Origin: Reclinomonas americana ATCC 50394
Lineage: Eukaryota
DNA length: 64,000 bases
NCBI GenBank assembly: GCA_048213135.1
Contig: PS015439.1
Coordinates: 1 to 64,000 of the forward strand
Direction of reading: 5' to 3'
In this document: positions 12,683 through 22,282 of the stretch, one piece after another
Layout of the letters: each line of letters starts with the position of its first letter
How positions within the stretch are numbered: position 1 is the first letter of the stretch
Notes under the pieces: generated by a model
Seen by the model: the letters and a program-made list of their open reading frames with translations, nothing else
The model's database searches: none
Told to the model about the DNA's origin: nothing
Translations under genes and position numbers: made by a program

Positions 12683-13944
12683 CTACGAGCTCGATGACGT
12701 CGCTGTTGCCCCTGCCGCAGCTGCGCCTCCCGACTCGCCATCCGCATGCCGCGAGCTCCGCCCAATCGCCGCCGCCACGTGACTGCTCGCCTGCAGCGCC
12801 ACCAACGCCGCATCGTGCACCTCCCGCACCTGCGCAGCACTGCCCCGCATCTGCGCCAGCACATCCTCAATCGTGCTGCTGCTCAGCGGAATCGGTGCGC
12901 CCGCCAGCCGCTGCACACCGCCCCACCCGAGCCACACCAGCACCACACCCAGAAGCACAATGCCCAGCATTCTCCGCATGCACTGCTTTGCCGCATCCAC
13001 CTGCTTCTGCACCTCCAGCCGCCGCTCCTCCAGCTCGCGCATCTCACGCTGCTGCTCCTCCTCCGCGGAGTCGTCTCGACGCATCACAACGCGCAGCTGC
13101 TCCACCCGCTCACGCAGCTCCCGCAACTGCGCTTGCAACCCCGCCTCACGCTGCCGGTACCCCACAACGCCGACCACCGCAATCGCGCACAGGCACACAC
13201 CGATGCCTTGCAACGACTGCACCCAGTCCAACCAGCTCTCGCTCGCCGCCGCATACGTGAACAGCGCACGCACTTGCATCTCCACGTCCTCCAGCTCCCG
13301 CTGCAGCGCCGTGCTCACAATCGGTGCGGCCACCGCCTGCAGCCGCGTTGCCGCACGATGCATGATCAGTGCCAGCTCCTTGTCGGCCTTGCTGTGTGGC
13401 AACACCGCATTTGCCTGCGCCATATCCGACGCCAGCAGCATCGCCACCGCCGTCTTCAGCGCCACCACCGTCTCCTGCAGAGTAGCGGTAGCAGTGAGCG
13501 AGGCATGTGAATGAGTGAATGAGAGAGAGGGAGAGAGACGCAACCCGCAGTTTGCTGCACGCCTCTCGTGCGACAGTGAGTTGCTGTCTGGCCGCCACCG
13601 ACACCTGTGCCAGTGCCGCGCCCAGCTCCGACGCATTCACCGCGTCGTCCACGTTCTTGAAGTAGGCCTCGAAATGATCAGTCGCCAGCTGCAAAGCGCA
13701 GCGAGTGATTCCATCATCATTCATCATCCATCATCGTCGACACTCGAGTGGAGGAACGCACCGACAAGTCGACGAGCAGAGCATTGGCTTGCTCGTGCGA
13801 CGACGCCGTCACTCTGCGCGCGAGGGAGGAACACGTGTTTGCGTGAGCGAGTGAATGCACAATGCAGAGTTGCGAGCACGAACGCAACAACAAGAGACAC
13901 ACTGCCACAAGCAGCAGAGCGAGCGCGGTGGAGTGCAGCCGCAT
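12683..13944 (-). CDS. Family B copy 1: ~350-aa signal peptide + 2 TM + coiled-coil protein; truncated distant paralog of family A; 4 exons
   Basis: MRLHSTALALLLVAVCLLL signal; 3 introns join in frame; TM1 GIGVCLCAIAVVGVVGY; E/R-rich coiled coil; TM2 MLGIVLLGVVLVWLGW. Confidence 0.85.
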
Positions 13945-13952
13945 CGCAAGTC

Positions 13953-13970
13953 TTGTCGGATAATTGACAC
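13953..13970. promoter_or_regulatory. Candidate cis-element TTGTCGGATAATTGACAC in the 106-bp B1/A2 divergent spacer
   Basis: Identical copy at 17406-17423 before A3; 14/18 match at 9210-9227 before A1; contains a TGTC-N8-GACA inverted repeat. Confidence 0.45.
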
Positions 13971-14050
13971 CTTTTGTCGGATTTCCAGATCACGAACAAC
14001 ACATCACTGGAGCCAAACTCGACGCACGCACAACGAGACGCGCACACGCA

Positions 14051-17000
14051 ATGCGAGCGCGTTTCATCGCTGTGATTGTGCTCGCCGTTGTTGGAGCATT
14101 GCTCTGCAGGTATGCGAACAACTGCATCGCGTGTGCGCGTGCGTGAGAGAGAGCGAGCACTCACACTTATGCTTGGTGCCAGTGCATCACCACACTTGGC
14201 CGACTGGCAGTCGCGAGCAGGCGCAGCACGTAATGCCTCGCGTCTAGCGCACATTATCAGTGTGTCTCGGTCGCATCTTCCGCGCATGCATTCCTCCGCT
14301 AATCCATCATGTTGACACAGGCTTTGCAACGCTGACGCTGACGCAGCACCTTGGTGCGTTTCGCGATGAACTCGGCAGTGCATGTGACGAGCTGCGGCTG
14401 GAGCTCGACGCGCGGTGGGCGTATAGTGGCGTGAATCGTCTGCATGCGGATCACGTTCGCCTGGCTTGTGAGGACGCGTTGGTATGTGCTGTCAAGCTTG
14501 CGCTTTGTGTGTATCCCTTCGCTGCACATGTGTGCATAACGTGCAAGGTGTTGTCGATCACAGGCTACACTCCGTGATCGCGAGGGAGACATAATCGAAT
14601 CAGCGCGTGCTCGTGCGCTTACATTCGAGAAAGATGTGACAGTTGAGTGGCCAGTGCAGCGTTCCGCCAGTGGGTGTTGCGCGCTCACCCTTCCCATCAC
14701 CTTGGTACACAGAAATACACGGAGCAGAAGTTTGTCAAGTATGCGCACACGCTTTCGTCGAGCACGTTGGAGATGTTCAGCAAGTTGCCGGAGTCGTGGG
14801 TGGCCTTGCAGCCCAAGTTCTACAACCTGCGCGAACGGTTCCAGCGGCTTGATGATCGCGCAAGCTGGCGGCCAGCAATGCAGGTCGCCATCTCGACGCT
14901 GTGGATTGTGTATGGCGCTGTAGTGGCCATTCTCGCTATCGTCTGGCTCGTGAAATGGTGCTTGCGCTGTTTTCGACGCGCACCCGCGCCACTGTTGCCT
15001 CCACCTCCACCAGCTGCGCCAATTGAAGACTGGGAGCCGGAGGAGAACTATGAAGTGTTTGGTGAGTGCTGAGGTGGTTTGCTTTCTTGCAGCAGCAGCT
15101 CTCACTGTGGGATGCGCAGAGGCAGACAATGGCGATGAGGATGTGCCGTTGGTCCGCAACCGCAATCTTGTTCACCATGGCCAGCAACAGCGACTTCGAC
15201 AAGCCATTCAGCATCAGTACTACTATCAATATCATCCTCAGCAGCAGCATCAAGTGCATCGACGACCAGCGCCTGCACGTGAAGATGTCAATGTGGTACG
15301 TGGGTGACTTGCTCGAGCAGCTGGAATGCGGTTGTCTGATGTTGACTGTCTGGTGCAGTGCCCTATTCGCTGTGTTTTGTTGATTCTGGTACTTGTGCTG
15401 GTCGGCGTTGCCTTGCTGGTATTCACTGTTGGACTTCACCAACGTGCGCGCTAAATTCACAGTGTCGTTCTCTCCTTGCGCTGTGCTCACTCTTGCCGCA
15501 CTCGGGCACAGTGCATTGGTTCTCTGTCGCTCCGCACGCAGCGAGATCACTCGACACGTGCGAATCCATGAGAACATTTGTCTCTCACAGCAGTGGGGCG
15601 CTACGCGGTCCCATCAACGAGCTTCGGCAAGGGTTTGACGCGTTCGTGAAATACGAGACCGCACTGTGCGTTGCTACTTGCTTCACTAGTCGTGACCGAC
15701 TCACGAAGCTGATTCGCTTGTGGTGGACTACGGGCGACGCAGGGCGCAGCAGGAGATCAAAAAGTCTCTGCAGGTCATCCGTAGCACCAACCCGTATGTG
15801 CATTTAGTCGGGAAGCATGATCCAAACATTTCGAAGGCGCTGGTAACACTCGAATCACAAGAGGTGTTGTTGCCACCGTGACGCGAGTACTGCTCGTTGG
15901 TAACCATGACATGCGCTGAGAATGCTATGCTCAACCATGCAGCGGGGTTATTGTAGTGCGCATGTGGCACCAGTGGTGAAGGCCGTGCGCAAATATCTCG
16001 ACCATCTGAAGGAGTTTGGCGACGAACTGAATCCAGTACTTGTTGAAGCATACGATATCGCCAGGTTTGTGCACACATCGTCAGTTTCATGATCATTTCT
16101 GTGTACTCTACGCACTGAATTCGTCCGTCTGCTGCGAGTAGTTTCTTCCAGCGCCACAAGCACACCATCCAACAGCACGCAGAAAAGGGTGCGTCGCTGC
16201 GATGACATGCTCGGACAGCTATCTCACACAGCAATTCGCAGGTGATATCCACATCACCGATGCCTTCCTCGAAACCATGCAACGACTGTTCGAAAATTTA
16301 GAGACAGGTGTGGGCAATTCGATCGGGAGACTTAAGCCTTTGGAGAGAGCTAAGGAGCAGGTGCGATGCCGCGCATAGTCGATGTTTTACATTGCTTAGC
16401 CAATTAATTAATTTGTTGTCGTTTCTGTCGTCGCCAACGTGCGTCAATACGCAGATCCACAAGGAGCGGGAGAGGGCACCGTCAGGTATCGACGATGCGG
16501 TTTCCAGATCTCGAAGGACGGCTCTTCTCGGCGGTATCCTCAGTGCTATTGTCGCGTTCTTTGTTGCGTCCTGTGGCTCTTATGCACGACGTGTCCACTG
16601 TTCGGCAAGTATAACCGTCAATCGTGTCGATGTAGGCACCGCCGGTGGGATTCGCTATGATGGCTGCTGACGGCGTCTATGCGGCATACAATGAGGCAAC
16701 ATTCGTCCGAGGTTTGCGTTGTCTTTCAGCGCACGCTGCGCGCAGCGCATCGTGCTTCAACCCGCGCCACTGATTCGACCACTTCGCAGAGTGTGGCGAA
16801 TTTGTCGCAGTGCTGCAAGAGTTGAAGACCTCGATAACGGAAGTGCGTGTGAATGCATGTCCTATTCGCTTCGTGTCTCTCGTGATGTTAACGCCGACAA
16901 TCTACTCGTAGGACGACAAGGCTGTTCGTGAAACCAGCAGCGCTCTGGCCGAGGCGGAGAAGGTACTCGAGACGCTGCTGAAGGGCGTAGAGCATGGCCG

Positions 17001-17274
17001 TACGGATTTCAGAAACGTCAAACCACGTGCACTGAGTACGCAAAAGAGTGGCAGCGAATACTTCTCGACAGCAGAGCGAGAGGCAAGAGACGACGAAGAA
17101 GTTCATGTGCGCGTCCCCCTGGATGGACTTCAGCGAGACCATCGCATATTGCAGGATGTGATGCAACAGATTGTAGATGCACTCAAGGGCCCTGCGGCTG
17201 GCAAGGCAACTGGCAACCGATTGGAGGATAGACCACGGCCGCGGGCGGAATTACCACACGGCCGGCGGCAATGA
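14051..17274 (+). CDS. Family A copy 2 (16 exons, intact, most divergent C-terminus)
   Basis: MRARFIAVIVLAVVGALLCS start; same 15 intron positions; only in-frame indels; TGA at 17272-17274. Confidence 0.85.
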
Positions 17275-17487
17275 AATGCAGTCAAGCTCATCGTTATCGA
17301 TGAGAAGACAGAATTGTTGACCGCTCTGTGAAACGATATGAACACCAAGTTTCTTCACTGCGACGTAGACGACTGAACAGTTGGAGTCAGAACCTGCATG
17401 CAGTCTTGTCGGATAATTGACACCTTTTGTCGGATTTCCAGATCACGAACAACACATCACTGGAGCCAAACTCGACGCGCACACGCA

Positions 17488-20400
17488 ATGCGAGCGCGTT
17501 TCATTACTGTGCTTGTGCTCGTTGTTGTTGGAGCATTGCTATGCAGGTGAGCGAATAACTGCATTGCGTATGTGTGTGCGAGAGGGAGAGCAAGCACACA
17601 CACAAGAGGTGCGTGTCAGTGCATCATCACGCTTGGCCGACTGGCAGTCGAGAGCAGGCGCGGCTCGTGAAGCCTCGCGGCTCGCACGCGAAATCGGTGA
17701 GTCGTGGTTGCAACTTTCACTGTGTGCGCATTCCTCTCGCTCACTCTTCGTCTCAACAACACAGGTGACTCAACGCTGGCGCTGGCAGTGAACCTTAGCC
17801 AGGTCAGCGATGGGCTTGACAGTGCGTGTGAAGAGCTGCAGCTGGAGGAACTTGGCGAGCGATTGGCAAAAGACGGTGTCATGAATCGTAAGTATCTGAC
17901 CAGAGTGCGCCTGGTTTGCGACGACGCGATGGTCAGTGCTATCAAGCTCGCTCTGTGGGCATCGCTGTACGCAGCACGTATGTAAGAATAACGTGCGGAA
18001 TGCTGTCGACAACAGGCAGCACTCCAGGTTGCAGGAGTGGGCACCGATGGAGACACAGCCGAGTCCGTGCGCGCTCGTGCGCTGACATTCGAGGAAGATG
18101 TGACAGTTGAGTGACCTGCGCAGCGTTCCGCCGCGGTGTATCACGAGCTCACGATTTCCGTCACTTTTTTCGATGCAGAGATTCACGGAGAAAGAGTTTG
18201 TCAAGTCTGTGCACACGTTCTCGTCGAGCACGTTGGAGATGTTCAGCAAGTTGCCAGAGTCGTGGTTGGCCTTGCATCCCATCTTCAACGACCTGCGCGA
18301 ACAATTCCAGCAGCTTGAAGAGCAAGCAGGCTGGAGGCCAACAGTGCAAGTTGTCATCTTGACGCTATTGGCGGTCTCCGGAGCTGCAGTGATCATTCTC
18401 GCTGCAGTCTGGCTCGTGAAATCATGCTTGCAGCGTTGTCGACGAGCGCCCGCGCCACGTGCACGTTTACCTCCACCTCCACCAGCTGCGCCGATCGAAG
18501 ATGTGGAGCAGGAAGCGGACGATGAGGTAGTCGGTGAGTGCTGTGGTGGCTTGCTTTCTTGCAGCAGCAGCTCTCACTGTGGGATGCGCAGAGGCAGACG
18601 ATGGCGATGACGATGCGCCGTTAGTCCACAACCGTAACCGTGCTCACCAGCAACAACGTCAGCAACAGCCTGTCCACCATCGTCATCACCTGCATCATCC
18701 TCGACAGCAGGGCCACGTGCAACGACGACGAGTGGTAGAACGTGCGGATAGTGGTGTGGTGCGTGAACCTGCATGCAGCATTTCCAGGGAATGCCCTTGA
18801 TCAATTCTGATTACTTGGCGCAGTGCACCTTCTGGCGCGTAATGGCATTTGTGCTGCTCGGCATTGCGCTGCTGGTATTCACTGTTGGATTTTACAAACG
18901 TGCGCAGTGTCTCGTTCTGTTGTGTCATCCCTCTCGTTGGCTCACCCTGGCTGCACAGTGTACTGGTTCTCGGTGGCCCCGTACGCGGCGCGGTCACTTG
19001 ACAAATGCGAGTCTATGAGAGCAGACCTCTCTCGCCACAGTGAGGCGCTTCGCGGCTCCATCAACGAGCTGCGAAATGGCTTTGACGCGTTTGTGAAATT
19101 CGAGACCTCACTGTGCGCTGCGTCGCTGCTTGCTCCCTGTTCGCGCAGTAATACGAAACTCATTCTGTTGTCGTGGTGGTGGGTTTGGGCGATGCAGGAT
19201 GCAACAAAAGATTGGGACAGCTTTGCGTGTCGTGCATGACACGAATCCATATCCGCGGCTGTCGGGCCCTTTGGTACAATATGAAACAGAAATATCAACG
19301 GCGCTGGCTGCTCTGCAGATACACGAAAAGGTGTCGCTGCTGATGTGTTGCCTCTTCATTGTTGCAAGAGTCACTCACCCTGGATACGTGTTCCACCTTG
19401 CAGAGGGGTCAGTGCGGTAAGCATGTGGCGCCAGTGGTGAGTGCTCTGCGGGAGTATCAACGTTATCTGAAGGATTTTGGCGGCGAGCTGCTGCCGGTAC
19501 TCATGGATGCTCACGACATTATCGGGCAAGTGCCGCCTTTCTTTTTGTCCTATGTTTGAACTCAAAACACTGAATTCACTGTCTGCTGCAAACAGTTTCT
19601 TTCGGTACAACAAACGCTCCATCCAAAAGTACGCAGAAAAAGGTGCGTCGCGACGTGTACTTATTGATACTGTGATCTCGATCTCCACCTCACACTGTCA
19701 TGCACAGGCGATGTCCACCTCACTGATGCTTTTCTCGAGGCCATGCATCGTGTGTACAAGAGACTGCGGTCTGGCGTGCACGGAACGGCTGAGAAGTTGA
19801 AGCCTGTGCGCTATGCCAAGGAGCAGGTGTGAAGTCGAGCTCAGTCGCCGGAGTCCAGGTTGACACAATCGTTCACACAGTTCCATTCGAGCAGGTCAAG
19901 GAGAAGCGAGATTTGTCTCAGCCGGAAGTTGAAGGCGCGATTGATAGTTCTCGAGGGTCAGTCATTGTCGGTGCTCTCGTCGGTGCTATTGTTACAGTTC
20001 TTGTTGCGTCTGCTAGATACGTGTCGCGTGTCTTGCAGACCCTCAGTGATGCTCTTCGCGACAAGAGTGACCGCTTATCGTGTTGATGCAGAATCCGGTG
20101 GCTGGCGCTGTACTACTGGCAGCCGACGGTGGGTATGCGATGTACAATGAGAATACGTTTGTTCGAGGTTTGTGTGATCTTCTTGGTCATTGTTTACCAC
20201 CCACCGCCCGCACTGATGTGAATTCTTCGCAGACTGTGGCGAAGTTGTGGCAGTGCTAGAAGAGCTTCAAGCCTCAATCAGCAAGGTATATGCGTACGTA
20301 TGTCACGTGCCTTGATTCGTGATCACTCGTGATGTTTACACAGGCGCTCCTCACTTGCAGGACGACAAGTCCATTCGCGAAACTGAAGACGCGCTGATTG

Positions 20401-20762
20401 AGACGAAGACGACGCTTAAGATGTTGACGACAGGCGTTGGTACCAGCCGCAAGGCTTTTGAAAGCGTTAATCCAGTTCGCCTGCAAGAGGCAGTCGCAAG
20501 AAAGCAGCAAGCGAATAGCCACTATTTCGACAACGCCGACGATGATGAAGACGATCGAAAAGATGAAGACTTGCACGACAAGTTGGAACGACTCATCGAA
20601 GAAGCCAGCGACGACGACGAGTTGCTAATCCGGATTGCCATTGAGGCGCTGCAGCGAGACCATAGCCTACTGGAAGGTGCGGTGGAGCGAATTCAGGAGG
20701 CAATCGGCATCAACATTCAAGGAACGGCAGAAAGACAGCCTGTGAGAGGCCAGCTACAATGA
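17488..20762 (+). CDS. Family A copy 3 (16 exons, intact)
   Basis: MRARFITVLVLVVVGALLCS start; same intron positions; GC donor at 19526; last ~60 codons almost identical to copy 1. Confidence 0.85.
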
Positions 20763-22120
20763 CAACAATTGTACATGAGCAGTATCGCTCACTGATGTCG
20801 TCACCCCCATCATACATATATACAAAACTGCATGTAAGCGCATCTCCATGAACACCCTCATACATGCCTTTCACTACGAGCTCGATGACGTCGCTGTTGC
20901 CCCTGCCGCAGCTGCGCCACCCGACTCGCCATCCGCATGCCGCGAGCTCCGTCCAGTCGCCGCCGCCACGTGACTGCTCGCCTGCAGCGCCACCAACGCC
21001 GCATCGTGCACCTCCCGCACCTGCGCAGCACTGCCCCGCATCTGCGCCAGCACATCCTCAATCGTGCTGCTGCTCAGCGGAATCGGTGCGTCCGCCAGTC
21101 GCTGCACACCGCCCCACCCGACCCACACCAGCACCACACCCAGAATCACAATGGACAGCATTCCCCGCATGCTCTGCTTTGCCGCATCCGCCTGCTTCTG
21201 CACCTCCAGCCGCCGCTCCTCCAGCTCGCGCATCTCACGCTGCTGCTCCTCCTCCGCGGAGTCGTCTCGACGCATCACAACGCGCAGCTGCTCCACCCGC
21301 TCCCACAGCTCCCGCAAGTGCGCTTGCAACCCCGCCTCACGCTGCCGGTACACCACAACGCCGACCACTGCAATCGCGCACAAGCACACACCGATGCCTT
21401 GCAACGACTGCACCCAGTCCAACCAGCTCTCGCTGGCCGCCGCGTACGTGAACAGCGCACGCACTTGCATCTCCACGTCCTCCAACTCCCGCTGCAGCGC
21501 CGTGCTCACAATCGGTGCGGCCACCGCCTGCAGCCGCGTCGCCGCACGATGCATGATCAGTGCCAGCTCCTTGTCGGCCTTGCTGTGTGGCAACACCGCA
21601 TTCGCCTGCGCCATATCCGACGCCAGCAGCATCGCCACGGCCGTCTTCAGCGCCACCACCGTCTCCTGCAGAGTAGCGGCAGCAGTGAGCGAGGCATGTG
21701 AATGAGAGAGAGGGAGAGACGCAACTCGCAGTTTGCTGCATGCCTCTCGTGCGACAGTGAGTTGCTGTCTGGCCGCCACCGACACACGTCCTAGTGCCGC
21801 ACCCAGCTCCGACGCATTCACCGCGTCGTCCACGTTCTTGAAGTAGGCCTCGAAACGATCAGTCGCCAGCTGCAAATGGATTGATCATCCATCATCATTC
21901 ATCATCCATCATCATCATCGACACTCGAGTGGAGGAACGCACCGACAAATCCCTTAGCAGAGCATTGGCTTGCTCGTGTGATGACGCCGTCACTCTCAAC
22001 ACGCCACTGCGCGCATGAGAAGAACACGTGTGTGTGCGTGAGTGAGTGAATGCACAATGCAGAGTTGCGAGCACGGACGCAACAGCAAGAGACACACTGC
22101 CACAAGCAACAGAGCGAGCG
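20565..22120. repeat. Near-identical duplicate of ~12374-13930 (3' end of A, intergenic DNA and B)
   Basis: Direct comparison: constant offset of 8191 nt over the A stop, the intergenic DNA and the B last exon, with only scattered substitutions. Confidence 0.92.
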
Positions 22121-22139
22121 CGGACGAAGGCAGTCTCAT
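20874..22139 (-). CDS. Family B copy 2 (4 exons)
   Basis: MRLPSSALALLLVAVCLLL start; collinear with B1; stop at 20874. Confidence 0.85.
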
Positions 22140-22282
22140 GGAAACGCGCGTGGTGCAACTCGCCGAAACCAACCAAAAGAAAAGACAACAAAGAGGCCGG
22201 CCGCCGGGTTGCCGGATTTGAAACGCACCGCTGGTGTGCACGTGTCCTCTTTTTTCCTCTCATCGAGCAGCGCGGACGCACA

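Noticed and set aside
12673-13514. Three long plus-strand ORFs over B1 (and over B2)
   Set aside because: Antisense shadows of a GC-rich coding exon; no protein-like features.
13953-13982. TGTCGG as an auxin-response element, TTGACA as a bacterial -35 box
   Set aside because: The context is neither land plant nor bacterial; hexamer matches are uninformative.
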